From Candidatus Latescibacterota bacterium (GTDB lineage Bacteria > Latescibacterota > UBA2968 > GCA-2709665): a DNA stretch of 64,000 bases. Made by a program: the position numbers and the translations under genes. Shown here piece after piece: positions 9,413-20,065 of this stretch. The stretch spans positions 256,001-320,000 of the forward strand of contig OZ220733.1 in the NCBI GenBank assembly GCA_965116875.1. Direction: 5' to 3'. Every line of letters starts with the position of its first letter. Within the stretch, counting starts at the first letter, position 1. A model generated the notes under the pieces. That model had not been told where the DNA came from. It did no database searches and saw only the letters and a list, made by a program, of their open reading frames with translations.

Positions 9413-9601
9413 CCTTGATTCCTCATTTTTCGAGGACTTTTATTTGAATATGTGTCAGTTAAAGAGGTGATTAGACTGCTGACTACCAGGATGCATCAGG
9501 ACACTGTACGTGAACGGAAGAAATGTCCTTCCTTAAGACCATTTCGGCACCATTCGGAGAGTTCCGTCGCGTCGCCGCGTTGCGACTTTTTCGGATCGAG
9601 G
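9413..9601. mobile_element. MITE family A, copy 2 (diverged)
   Basis: Termini CCTTGATTC...GGATCGAGG, flanks CAAA/CTAA, and an internal sequence colinear with the other two copies. Confidence 0.75.
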
Positions 9602-9651
9602 CTAATGAATGAGATAGATGCATCGATCGGATAAATCGACACGATTTACAG

Positions 9652-10875
9652 CTAGTTATTTGCACCAAAGTCAAGCGCATAGACAGCCACATTGCCATTG
9701 GAATTTTCCGACTCTGCTGCCGACGGCTCACTCCATACATACAACTGATCCCGCGAAGATGCTATACTATTCCACGGGACCGATATAACTTCGGATTCGA
9801 GGTGCTCCTTTGCTGACCTACTAAAGTCATAGACTCCGACGGCCTCTTCTGTGTCGAGGTCGTAAATCGACCAGTTGGTAATACTTGCGACGGTCGTGTC
9901 CTCGGTCGTGCCAGGGTTTATGTGCGAAACCATCAAAAATCGACCATGGACGATTGTCATGCTACTTACAGTTGTCATTTTCAATCCTCTCATATCTTCA
10001 CGACTCCCTTGTTCAATTCCATGATACCTTGTCGGCAACGGTACATATCCTTTCGGACGACGACCAAATCGCCTGATGGTTATCCCAGTCTCGGCGTCGA
10101 TTTCTCTAACCATGTAGTCGTTTGGTCCCAGGAAATACAGCCTATTCCGTACCACGCTGTAGCATAGATGCGCAAAGGCTTTCATGCGATATGAGATAAA
10201 CCTCTGGGAATTGGTAGAAAGAGCCACGCGATACACAACATCCCATCCGGACGGTTCAAGGCGTCGCAATTCCATTATCTTCATCGGGTTTACCATCAGT
10301 ACGAAGACCTCGCCCAATCTACCCGTTAACACCCTGGTGGCATGTAGTAACCGTGTCGTGTCCACATGTTTCCCGGCTCTGTCATATCGGACAATCTGGC
10401 CATAAGTTGAATCCAACAGGTACACCATACCCTGCGGGTCTATTGACATATAACGAGCACTGCCATATTCGCCTGGTCCGCGACCCTGACGACCAAACGA
10501 CTGGATATAGCGTCCGTCCGAAAGGTCAAATTCATGTGCTCTTTCACCAATCCGGTCGGTAAGCAGTAGAGTGTTATCCCGTGTCACACCTATCCAGTTT
10601 GCCTCACCAATCCCAGGTGTTTTTTCGTTAAAGTCCAGACTAAATTGGCGCTTCAAATCAAGACCGATTTCGCCGATATATTCCAACTTCGTTTCGTGAA
10701 TGGACTCTTCGTTGGCCTCGTGAGGCGAAGACTTCGAATACGTCTCCTTCGACTGGTCCGGCACTTGTGCAACCGCCCGGCCGTTTCCGGAAACAAGAAC
10801 GACCGTAAGTAAAAAAACAAAAAGACTGAACATTCTTTCCGGCCAATGACGTCCAGCTAACGTGCTCTTCTTCAT
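9652..10875 (-). CDS. Exported 6-bladed beta-propeller (NHL-like) protein
   Basis: Signal peptide ending AVA-Q, NHL-type motif FGRQGRGPGEY and RBS AAAGGAG. Confidence 0.8.
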   Translation of the reverse strand: MKKSTLAGRHWPERMFSLFVFLLTVVLVSGNGRAVAQVPDQSKETYSKSSPHEANEESIHETKLEYIGEIGLDLKRQFSLDFNEKTPGIGEANWIGVTRDNTLLLTDRIGERAHEFDLSDGRYIQSFGRQGRGPGEYGSARYMSIDPQGMVYLLDSTYGQIVRYDRAGKHVDTTRLLHATRVLTGRLGEVFVLMVNPMKIMELRRLEPSGWDVVYRVALSTNSQRFISYRMKAFAHLCYSVVRNRLYFLGPNDYMVREIDAETGITIRRFGRRPKGYVPLPTRYHGIEQGSREDMRGLKMTTVSSMTIVHGRFLMVSHINPGTTEDTTVASITNWSIYDLDTEEAVGVYDFSRSAKEHLESEVISVPWNSIASSRDQLYVWSEPSAAESENSNGNVAVYALDFGANN

Positions 10876-11361
10876 CGTGAACTCCTTTCGAATTTGTGCT
10901 GTGTCATTGTGTAATGGTTACGTGCGTAACCATATTATAATACAATGACTTGGGTACGGAAACCACCTCTTTTGTGAATTATTCAGGCTTAGTATGCATG
11001 ACGTCGCCGATACCCCAGCGACACAATTGGATTCTCACGTTCACCTTTTCTCCGACGACGGCGGCCTTCCACCTTCAAAACACCGTTCGCCTCACGCATT
11101 ACCTCTCTCGAGGCCTGCTAAACCTTCACTCGCGTTACGGACTGTATACTTGCAAGTTGCCATGCGACCTATACACCGGAGCTTAGGACAACTCGATGCT
11201 TTCCTGCCTGCTTTACTTGCAACCGACGGCGGCAACATTGGGCTGGTGCGACTCTCTCCCACAAGAGTTCCGCACCTTTTCACGGCGTATGGTTGTCGAA
11301 TTAACGCTAATCACACAATAATGTACGAGGAGGCTCGGTTGATCGAGTTTTATAAGTAGCT

Positions 11362-12819
11362 TCACTCGGCATCACCTTGATTAACCAATCTTAGATTGTA
11401 CCTCTCCTGCAACAGTTTCTTGTCCGTGTTTTGAATTTCTATACACATTTCCATGGCGAGTTCATAGCTATAACGGATCTGTTCGCACGAGACAGGGTTC
11501 GGATTTATCGGGTCCCCAGTTGCAGTCCGGGCATCATATATACACCCGCCCCCACACAGGTTTCTTGCCCAGCAACGCCGACAGTCGGAACGGGAATCGA
11601 CATGGAACGAATCTTTGAATCCATCCTGGACATTTTCGTCAAGACCAGAGAAGACGTCGCCCATCTTAAACTCCGGCCGGTCGGCAAGACTTGAACAAAA
11701 ATAGATGTCGCCTTCTACATCCACGGCCAGAAATGTCCTCCCGCCTTGACAGCCATAACATGATTTCGCGCGAGTCATTAATCGTTCGATAAAACGGTCG
11801 AAAAATCCTCTCTCGTGCGACCCTTCCAGAATGTTCGCCGTCTCATGCCGGCTTAAACCGCAAAGTCTGCGCTTTATTTCAGGCAGATGCTCCTCGCGCA
11901 GCGCATAAGGTTCTTCAGGTGCAGCAACGACAGGAGCCACTCTAACACGACATGCGCCAAGTTGCCTCAAATCATCAGCAATGGACTCCCTGTCCAGATT
12001 GTACGAAGTCATTGTTGCGCGTACCGATACCTTATCCGGTGACTCTTTCGTCAATTTCAACAGGTTCTCGGCCACCACATTGTACGTTTCACTGCCATCT
12101 CGAAACTTCCGCAGTCGGTTTTGGTCTCTCGGGTTGCCGTCGACACTAACCTGAATGTGAATTTCCTCATCAATTAGAAACTGTAAGATTTCATCCGAAA
12201 TTAGAGTGCCATTAGTTGCGATACCAAAAGAGACCTGAACCCCAACCCGATGGGCATACTCACGGGCAAAGGGAATGATATCTCGAATTAACTCGAAGTT
12301 CAGGAGCGGTTCCCCACCGAAAAAGTCTATCTGACACCTGCCGAACGAGCGAGCTTCACTCAGTGCCCATCGTACAGCCTGCCTTGCTACATGCGGCGTC
12401 ATAAATCCCGGTACCCTTCCGTAGTCGCCGCCATGTGCGAAGCAATAGGTACATTTGACGTTACAGGCGTGCGAAACGTGTAACGTGATGTGAAATTGAC
12501 TCTCACGGGGCTCGGACTCTGGCAATCCGCAGATCCCTTGATCCGGCCCCTGTGTATCTGAATGAAGTTTCAGCGAGGCATCGTATATGAGCTGGGCTTC
12601 GGCAAGGACCTCAACTGCCTTTAACACGTCCTCGCCAGGAAATTCATCGGCCAATTCAAAAACGACTTCCTGGTCCGTTAGTCCGTCGCAAATCTTGAGA
12701 ATCGACTCATAGAGCGGATTCAGTTCAAAGAACAGTCCCGTGTAAACCTGAAACAAAAACGTACGTTTCGACTGGGATGTTCTGAAAAGATGCATTTCAG
12801 ACTTTGCGATTCGTAGCAC
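11362..12819 (-). CDS. Radical SAM/SPASM peptide maturase with N-terminal RRE-like domain (CteB/QhpD/PapB-like, thioether-forming type)
   Basis: CNVKCTYC (CX3CX2C), DFFGGEP, and SPASM CYGCQGG...YFC...CRRCWARNLCGGGC...C. The start is probably GTG 12819 or ATG 12795; the ORF-track start at 12969 overlaps the precursor gene. Confidence 0.92.
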   Translation of the reverse strand: MLRIAKSEMHLFRTSQSKRTFLFQVYTGLFFELNPLYESILKICDGLTDQEVVFELADEFPGEDVLKAVEVLAEAQLIYDASLKLHSDTQGPDQGICGLPESEPRESQFHITLHVSHACNVKCTYCFAHGGDYGRVPGFMTPHVARQAVRWALSEARSFGRCQIDFFGGEPLLNFELIRDIIPFAREYAHRVGVQVSFGIATNGTLISDEILQFLIDEEIHIQVSVDGNPRDQNRLRKFRDGSETYNVVAENLLKLTKESPDKVSVRATMTSYNLDRESIADDLRQLGACRVRVAPVVAAPEEPYALREEHLPEIKRRLCGLSRHETANILEGSHERGFFDRFIERLMTRAKSCYGCQGGRTFLAVDVEGDIYFCSSLADRPEFKMGDVFSGLDENVQDGFKDSFHVDSRSDCRRCWARNLCGGGCIYDARTATGDPINPNPVSCEQIRYSYELAMEMCIEIQNTDKKLLQERYNLRLVNQGDAE

Positions 12820-12860
12820 TTCCTCTGCCCCCAATACCCGACACACAAACAACCGATATA

Positions 12861-13079
12861 CTATTGGGCTGTATGCTTTTCCCGTGGAGTGGGTCCATTC
12901 TGTGATTTTTTGATTGTGACCGCGTTTGTCATTGGTGGCGGCAGAATGGGGAACCACGGCCATTCGCACAACGTCGCTTCAATAGGAGTCGTCGATCCAA
13001 AGCATCCGCAAATTTTCCCCCTATTGTCTGAAACACCGTTGACCGGGAACAGTGAAGGTTTGGGATTATTCAGTGCCAT
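12861..13079 (-). CDS. Putative RiPP precursor peptide 1 (72 aa)
   Basis: Perfect RBS AAGGAGG lies 6 nt before ATG 13079. It is the first gene after the sigma54 promoter and sits directly before the rSAM. Sequence: MALNNPKPSLFPVNGVSDNRGKICGCFGSTTPIEATLCEWPWFPILPPPMTNAVTIKKSQNGPTPREKHTAQ. Confidence 0.75.
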   Translation of the reverse strand: MALNNPKPSLFPVNGVSDNRGKICGCFGSTTPIEATLCEWPWFPILPPPMTNAVTIKKSQNGPTPREKHTAQ

Positions 13080-13183
13080 TATCGTCCTCCTTGCCCGTTC
13101 AGCTTTGCGCGTCTCTATACTACAATGGAGATCAAACACGTGGCGCCAAATCCATCATGCAATTAATGCTATGAATGGGATGC

Positions 13184-13199
13184 TGCAAACCACGTACCC
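13184..13199 (-). promoter_or_regulatory. Sigma54 (-24/-12) promoter
   Basis: The minus strand reads GGGTACGTGGTTTGCA (GG-N10-GC), close to consensus TGGCACG-N4-TTGCA. It lies about 105 nt upstream of precursor 1 and next to a bEBP gene. Confidence 0.75.
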
Positions 13200-13200
13200 G

Positions 13201-13234
13201 AAAAACAAAAAACGCTTGTGTGAGACCACAAGCG
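13201..13234 (-). terminator. Rho-independent terminator after the regulator gene
   Basis: Perfect 8-bp stem CGCTTGTG/CACAAGCG with a 6-nt loop, followed on the minus strand by TTTTTTGTTTTT. Confidence 0.75.
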
Positions 13235-13465
13235 AAATAATTACAACGATTTATTTATTTGTTTTTTCTTTTCTATTCACGACGAGAGTTTGTTCTTAAA
13301 TTGTATTCATTGTATACAGAACTCTTCCTATGTGAAAGATATGCGTCAATTCAAACGAACAAAACCTTAAAATACAATACTTTAAATTCTGTCCAACGCC
13401 GTCTACACTTCTCTAGGATCGATGCGCAAGCTATCTACGCTGATGGCGAGGCTTTATCGTGCAAC

Positions 13466-16400
13466 TCAACGCAGACCATAACGCGTCATCATCTTCTGAA
13501 GTCCATTTCGGCTGAGACCTAAATGAGCGGCAGTATGAGAAATGTTCCCCTTGCATTTGTCAAGTGCCGCGGCTATCATCCTTTTTTCAAGGGCAGCCAC
13601 CTCCGATTTTAGATGTCCTCGCGAACCTTGTTCGGCGTCTTGACGATGTTCAATCCTCTTCGAGAATAGATCGACGGAAACCTTCTTTCCTTCTTCAACC
13701 AACGCAACCGCGCGTCTTATCTCATTCTGCAATTCACGGACATTGCCCGGCCACGCGTGATCCATTAATCCCCGCATTGCACCCACTGTAAAGCCCAGTA
13801 CTTCCTTTCCCTGCTCCGAAGAAACACGCTTCAGTATATGTTCCGACAACGAAGGGATGTCCTCAATACGGTCACGCAGTGGAGGCATTTCAATCTGTAA
13901 AACGCGCAGCCGGTAATACAAGTCCTCCCGAAAAAGACCGGCACGCACGTCCGCTTCCAGGTCGCGATTCGTCGCTGCAATCACCCGAACGTCTACGTGG
14001 CGAACATTAGTCTCTCCTACTCGCTGTGTCTCCCCATCCTGCAGTACGCGCAACAGGCTTATTTGCAATTGCGAAGAGGCATCCCCGATTTCGTCTAGAA
14101 ACACGGAACCGCCCTCCGCGGAGGCGAATAGTCCCTTGCGGTCGGATGAAGCCCCGGTAAATGAGCCTCTCTTGTGACCGAACAGCTCGCTCTGAAGCAG
14201 TTCGTGGGTAAGCGCCCCGCAATTTGCGGAGAGAAAGGGTTTCGCCTTGCGGTTGCTCCGGGTATGGATAGCCCGGGCGGCCAGTTCCTTCCCCGTTCCC
14301 GTCTCACCCTGTATAAGCACAGTCATGTCGCTTTCAGCCGCCACGTCGACCAGTTTGAACACTTCCTGCATCAGCTGACTCTGTCCGATAAGTTCTCCCA
14401 TTCGGTAGGTGCCCTCGTATTTTTCCTGGAAAAAAAGTGCCTGCTCCTGGCTCCGGGAGAACATCCGGGCGTTGACAACCGCAATGGAGGCCAAATTCGC
14501 AAATGCCGCAAACAAGGCTGTGTCTTCTTCGCGAAACAAATCTTCTAGCTTTCTATGGTCCAAATACAGCGCGCCGATGACACCCGATTCCGCATGCCGC
14601 AGTGGAACGCAAAGCACCGATCGGATGCCGTAGGCCGAAACGCTGGCCCTTTTTCTGAATCGATCGTCAACGCGAGCATCCAGACTCAATACGGGCTCGT
14701 GCCGCTGCATCGACCACCTGATTATTCCCTCGCTGATCTCCCTTGCAGCTAAGTCATCCAGATTATACTTACGCGCAACCTTGACGCGACCGGCTGCCCC
14801 ATCCTCGATAGCAATCAAAACACGTTCGGCCTGGCTCACCTTCTTCAGTCGGTCCAGAATTCGATCAAGTAGCACATTCAGGTCCAAGACCGACGTCAAA
14901 TCTTCGGATACTTCATAAAGGGTCTGCAGATGCTCTTGGGAAAGCGCCGTAACCTTCGCCTCTGGTGTAATAGTCATCGCAGTTTCCTCAATAACCAGGT
15001 TTAGGAGATCCGCTGCCTTTCGGGCCAGATAACGCAGATTCAAGCGTTCGGCAGCCTCACGGGCATTTTCCAGGCACCCTCGGGCATCGGCAAGACGCCG
15101 CCGTTCCAGATAATACGCGCCCGCTACAACGAACAGGTTTACCTGTTCCAAGCCGTCCGGGGAACCCTGGACTTCCAATGCATGATCAATCAGGGAATCG
15201 ACTTCGTCATGACGGTCGGCCGCGACGAGCGATTTCGCCTTTGCGGTCCATGCAATGGCGCGGACATTCCCGCCGTACTCCACGCCCGGCCAGGCCCGTT
15301 CGGCCCAGGCCAGCGCCTCTTCAACACGGCCGGTTTCCGCGAGTGTCTCGGCCAGCAACGCATGGGCGCGGCACATTTCATCGGAGCGGCCGGTACCCGA
15401 CAGAAGCCGCACTGCGGCACCCGCGTGTGCTTCTGCAGCCTCGGCATCTCCGTTTTCCAAGGCAACCCTGCCCAAAAACACGAGTGATCCTGCCTCCGCA
15501 GGTCTCGAACCGCGTTTGGCCCAAAAGTCTTTAAGCTCAAGGAAAATCTCCTCGGCCCGATCAAAATTACCCAACCGATTCTCTGCACGTCCCAAAAGGA
15601 AAAGACAGTTATGGCGATAAGCTCGATCGCCGTTCCTCTCTAATAGATTTAATGAAGAGTCCAGGAGCTTTTTCGATCTGTCATTACGATAAGTAAACTG
15701 CGCTGCAAACCCCAGATGCATCAAAGCACGGGCTTCGTTGATAGACCCTCCCATTTCGCGGCATTTTTCAGCTGCTGAATGACAAAATCCCGCAGCAACC
15801 TCTTTTTTCCCTAGCGCCACGTAGAGATTTGACAACAGACCCAAAACCCTAAGTTCATTCTCCGCCTCGCCCTGATTCCGGAAGAGTTCCAGCGCTTCTA
15901 ACAACATCGACTCAGCTCTTTGGCAGTCCCCGCCATTCACGTAGGTAATTCCTAAAATCCTCAACACATTCGCCCTTTGCGCGGGCATTTCAAAGGACGC
16001 CCACTGCATGGCACCTTCCAACTCGCGGCGCGCGTCTTCGTACCTGCCGCATCCGCAAAGCGCTTCGGAGTAAGCGCAGAGAAAGTCGAGATGCATCACC
16101 GAACCGCGCGCAATGCAAACGGGGGCATCAGGGGAAAACGCGCCTTTTTTGAGAACAGTTCGGAACTGTTCGAGTGCGTGCGAGAAATATTGCATCCCCA
16201 ATGCAAAGCGGCCGGATAAGGTGACGTACCGCGCCATTTTTTCCAGGTCGTTCGATCTCAAAAAGTGATAGGCCAATTCATCCAATGACTCTGCGGCGCC
16301 GCAATCCAACCGTCTTTCTAAGGCGCTGCCTGCCTCCTGGTGAAGCAACGTACGTCTGTTTAACGATATGCCGTCGTAAACCGCCCGTTGGATCAGTCCA

Positions 16401-18352
16401 TGTGAGAACCGATAACGTCCACGAGGGTCCTGCATATCTCTCAAAAGGCCCAGGCTGACGTTTGCATCCACCGTCTCCAATAACTCCAGTTCATCCTCGC
16501 ACCAGACGTCTGAAATCAGCTCGAACGAAAACGCGCCGCGAAAGATTGATGCATATTCCAGCGCCTGCCTTTGGGCCGAACGAAGTCGTCCCAGGCGCAA
16601 CTTGATGGCCTGCATAATGCCCGACGGCATTGGCCATTCCGTCTCCTTCGGCCACCTCCAAATTCCTGTTGAATCCTTCCATATCAAGCCGTCGGCAATT
16701 GCTCCCCGAACCAATTCTACGACAAACAGTGGATTCCCCCCAGTTTCCTGGAAAACCCTACGATTCTCTTCCTCAGGTACAGCCTGTTCTCCAAGCAGGG
16801 ACGCAGCCAGATTCCCAGTTTCGTCCATATCGAGAGGCTGGAGACGAAAATGTTCAGCTCGAGTTCCAATTGGCCCATCTGTCAGGTCGTCGATTCCAGG
16901 GGGTAGCGGATCTTCGTCCACCTTGCGGCAAGCGAGCCCGAAGACGAGAGGTACGGGATCCGGATCTCTCCTCACAAAGTCCAGGAACCGCAGGGTCAGG
17001 TCGTCGGCCCACTGCACGTCTTCAATGCATACAAGGGTCGGCGTTTCCCTGCTCAGATCGACGAGAAGTTCCGACAAGGTCTCCATCGCCGGGTACGGAT
17101 CCGGCTGATCGGCGGGCGCCGGCCGTTCAATTTGCGTAAGAACTCGCTTGACGGATTCTTCCAGGTCTGGACCCCGAACGCCGGTCTGATCGGCCAGGTC
17201 TCGCAGGATTTCCAGGAATGGCCCAAAGGCTTGGCCCCCGCTCTCATAGCAACGTCCTGATTGTACGCGCATTCCGTTGACGCGGGCGTCGGCCTGGAAT
17301 TCTTCAAGAACTTGGGTCTTCCCGATGCCAGCACTGCCGCTCACGAGAATGATGCGCCCTATACCCTCGCGAGTATCCTGCAGGATCTTCCGTAGAGCCT
17401 TCATCTCACGTTCTCGACCCTGGAACTGGGGTTGGAAAACGGGAACGTCTGGGGCACCCAAGACAGGCCGCATTGAAACGGTAGCTTCGTCACCGTCTCT
17501 ATAGAATCCGCTTTCCTCGTTATTCGTCAAATCATACAGCAAGCTCCCTACCGAACTGTAGCGGTCAATGGGTTCCTTCTCGAGAAGCTTCATTACTGAC
17601 TCTTCGATCCCCGAGAAATCTTCGCCGGTTACAAGGTGCGGAGGGCGCGGCAATTCTTTCAGATGCTGAAGCAATACCGTTGCTGGATCTTCTCCCGTGA
17701 ATGGTGGTTTCCCGGTAAGAATCTCGTAAAGAATGACTCCCAATGAATAAAGGTCGGATCGCTGGTCAACTGCCTTTCCCCGGATCTGTTCGGGGGACAT
17801 GTACTCCAAGGTCCCGGTAGCCGCTCCGGGAGCCGAGAGGCGTTCCTCCCTTACATCTCTAAATCGCGCCAGACCCAGGTCCAGAATCGTAACCTCGGGC
17901 TTACCCTCAATCTCTGAAATCATAATATTTGAGGGCTTCAGGTCTCTGTGCAACACACCCTGTTCATGGATGTATCCCAACCCTTCTACAGTCTGGCGGA
18001 TAAAGGGAACGAGCCACGCGGATTTTAGCTTTTCACGATCATCTACTCCTGAAATCAGGTCGGACAAGGGACGACCATGGACAAAGTCCATGGAAAAATA
18101 CGGACTCCCGTCGTGCGCGCCCCAGCTGTGTGAAATAACAACTCGAGGATGTCGGATTCGAGACAAGATATTAAACTCCCTCAGAAATCGCCTTTGTGCC
18201 CCGTCCCCCGTGAGATCTAATATCTTAAGCGCTGTAATGGAATTTTTCCGTACGTCCCGCGCACGATAGACGGTACCTAAACCTCCATTTCCAACGGTAT
18301 TGAGGATCTCGTAACACCCGTCGACAACCGTGCCAGCCTTTAATTCGGACAT
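13466..18352 (-). CDS. Ser/Thr kinase-AAA-TPR-GAF-sigma54 enhancer-binding protein with Fis-type HTH
   Basis: Kinase motifs [20 protein letters not shown] and YMSPE; NTPase GSAGIGKT; TPR-like helices; GAF (IRSVLCVPL); bEBP motifs [30 protein letters not shown] and WPGNVREL; C-terminal HTH. Confidence 0.95.
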   Translation of the reverse strand: MSELKAGTVVDGCYEILNTVGNGGLGTVYRARDVRKNSITALKILDLTGDGAQRRFLREFNILSRIRHPRVVISHSWGAHDGSPYFSMDFVHGRPLSDLISGVDDREKLKSAWLVPFIRQTVEGLGYIHEQGVLHRDLKPSNIMISEIEGKPEVTILDLGLARFRDVREERLSAPGAATGTLEYMSPEQIRGKAVDQRSDLYSLGVILYEILTGKPPFTGEDPATVLLQHLKELPRPPHLVTGEDFSGIEESVMKLLEKEPIDRYSSVGSLLYDLTNNEESGFYRDGDEATVSMRPVLGAPDVPVFQPQFQGREREMKALRKILQDTREGIGRIILVSGSAGIGKTQVLEEFQADARVNGMRVQSGRCYESGGQAFGPFLEILRDLADQTGVRGPDLEESVKRVLTQIERPAPADQPDPYPAMETLSELLVDLSRETPTLVCIEDVQWADDLTLRFLDFVRRDPDPVPLVFGLACRKVDEDPLPPGIDDLTDGPIGTRAEHFRLQPLDMDETGNLAASLLGEQAVPEEENRRVFQETGGNPLFVVELVRGAIADGLIWKDSTGIWRWPKETEWPMPSGIMQAIKLRLGRLRSAQRQALEYASIFRGAFSFELISDVWCEDELELLETVDANVSLGLLRDMQDPRGRYRFSHGLIQRAVYDGISLNRRTLLHQEAGSALERRLDCGAAESLDELAYHFLRSNDLEKMARYVTLSGRFALGMQYFSHALEQFRTVLKKGAFSPDAPVCIARGSVMHLDFLCAYSEALCGCGRYEDARRELEGAMQWASFEMPAQRANVLRILGITYVNGGDCQRAESMLLEALELFRNQGEAENELRVLGLLSNLYVALGKKEVAAGFCHSAAEKCREMGGSINEARALMHLGFAAQFTYRNDRSKKLLDSSLNLLERNGDRAYRHNCLFLLGRAENRLGNFDRAEEIFLELKDFWAKRGSRPAEAGSLVFLGRVALENGDAEAAEAHAGAAVRLLSGTGRSDEMCRAHALLAETLAETGRVEEALAWAERAWPGVEYGGNVRAIAWTAKAKSLVAADRHDEVDSLIDHALEVQGSPDGLEQVNLFVVAGAYYLERRRLADARGCLENAREAAERLNLRYLARKAADLLNLVIEETAMTITPEAKVTALSQEHLQTLYEVSEDLTSVLDLNVLLDRILDRLKKVSQAERVLIAIEDGAAGRVKVARKYNLDDLAAREISEGIIRWSMQRHEPVLSLDARVDDRFRKRASVSAYGIRSVLCVPLRHAESGVIGALYLDHRKLEDLFREEDTALFAAFANLASIAVVNARMFSRSQEQALFFQEKYEGTYRMGELIGQSQLMQEVFKLVDVAAESDMTVLIQGETGTGKELAARAIHTRSNRKAKPFLSANCGALTHELLQSELFGHKRGSFTGASSDRKGLFASAEGGSVFLDEIGDASSQLQISLLRVLQDGETQRVGETNVRHVDVRVIAATNRDLEADVRAGLFREDLYYRLRVLQIEMPPLRDRIEDIPSLSEHILKRVSSEQGKEVLGFTVGAMRGLMDHAWPGNVRELQNEIRRAVALVEEGKKVSVDLFSKRIEHRQDAEQGSRGHLKSEVAALEKRMIAAALDKCKGNISHTAAHLGLSRNGLQKMMTRYGLR

Positions 18353-18642
18353 ATTTAACCCTGCGAAGAATAACTCTCGTTTACGATTCCTGATTCGTTG
18401 ACGTTTTGTCTATTGACACATCAGGAATTGTCCACAGATGCCGACGTTTAAATGACCGTCAAGCATAGCGATTCTTGTGGCTCGACACCGCGTTCAACGA
18501 TTAGCGTTCAACCCCTTCGAACCCACCGCCGAATTGGCCGGGGTTGGGCGGTCTGACGGCTGATGTCTGACAGCTTCTTCCCGTTAAATTCCATTGGAAC
18601 CCATTGGGGGCGCGACGCACCAGTCAGATTTCCATTCAACAA

Positions 18643-20020
18643 TCACTTTGGGTACCGCCGCTCCGCCGGATCCACCCACCTTTCCAGAAAGTCGGTCCAT
18701 CCCGAGGGATACCAATTTACTCCTCGAAACCGCCGGCTGTACGCCGTTACGCCACGGCCCACAAAGAGAAACGTATACGGCTGCTCCTCGTGCAGGATTT
18801 CCTGGAACCTGCGGTAGAGTGAAATCCGCCGTTCAGTGTCAAACGTACGGCGATACCGTTCCAGTAACCGATCCGCCTCTTTATTCTCAAAACACGAATA
18901 ATTCCCGCCGTCCTCGACCTGCGACGAATGCCAACTCGAATAGAGGTAGAGAGGCACCGCCGGATGGCTTCCTCCACCTGAGAACAGCGCGTCGAACTCC
19001 CGCTCTCGCAGCCGCTCCAGGTAGATGGAACGATCGATTTCACGGACCCTGCATTCTACTCCCATGTCCGCGAGTTCGTCTTGTATGACCAGGCCGATGT
19101 CCTTGCTGAGTTGAGAACCTGCCGGTACCAGGAATTCAAACCTGAATGCGATCCTGACACCGTCCACATCCCGATCCAGAACACCGTCGCCGTCCGAATC
19201 GAGCCAGCCAGCCGCCTGAAGCAATTCCGCGGCAGGATCTCGGTCGTATTCGAGTGGTTTCAGGCCGGCGTAGTATCCCGGCCGGGTCATATGCACCGGT
19301 CCGTCGATGGTTACGCCAAGTCCATGGATCAGATCTCGAATAATGCTCTTGCGCGGCGTCAGATGCGTCATCGCCCTGCGGACCCGTCTATCGCGAAAAA
19401 TCGGATGGGTGTTGTTCCAGATGATGTAGTTGACACCGCTGGCGTATCGGATGACCATGAGAAAACGCGACGTAAATTCAGGCGACCAGCTTTTCTCCTT
19501 GAACGGCAGGGGATACATGTTCAAAACGTCCAGGTTTCCATTGGTCAGTTCGAGCAACGCGGCATCCGGATCTATTTTGAAAACAAGCTTGTCCACGTAC
19601 CCTGAGGGTGGAAGATCCTTCCTGCCGCTTCCCGAATGGTTCGGGTCACGGTCCAGAACGGCCTTCCCGGTTGACGCCGCATCTTCGACTGAAGATACCT
19701 GCACGTTGGAGCCGGGCCCCAGCACGCGGCGGTTGAAGTCCCTATTGAACCGCTCCGCGAAACGGCGGACCAGGTCGGCCAGCGGACCCGCTTCCCACGA
19801 ACCGTCGATGAGCGCCTCGATGGATACGCCATCCATCAACCCGTCGGGGTCGTAGAGGTGTTACGGTCCCGTCGAGCACCATCAGCCCCTGATCCTTGGC
19901 CGAAATCTCCTCTACTTTCTTCCATATTTCACCGGCGCCAGCCTCTACAACGAAAAAGCTGAGGAAATGCGTGTGAGCGAACAAGACCGTACTTGCAATT
20001 GGTGTGTTAATTGGATCCAC
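18643..20020 (-). pseudogene. Truncated/frameshifted ABC peptide-binding protein (SBP family 5)
   Basis: The C-terminal OppA-like part is intact (FRDRRVRRAM, LLQAAGWLDSDGDGVLDRD, QEILHEEQPYTFL). The N-terminal half and signal peptide are missing, and the frame changes near 19850. Confidence 0.65.
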
Positions 20021-20065
20021 CGATGAATGACAAGCTCTATCACTTTTGATCGCATGCTGGCAGTT

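Noticed and set aside
11092-11283. 63-aa minus-strand ORF after the rSAM gene
   Set aside because: GTG start without an RBS and no shared motif with either precursor.
12820-12969. N-terminal extension of the rSAM in the ORF track
   Set aside because: It overlaps precursor 1, has no RBS, and RRE-like sequence only begins around EMHLF.
9652-13079. Interpretation as a quinohemoprotein amine dehydrogenase (qhp) operon
   Set aside because: No diheme alpha subunit or FAD monooxygenase in the window; the peptide lacks most QhpC residues and the propeller is NHL-type.
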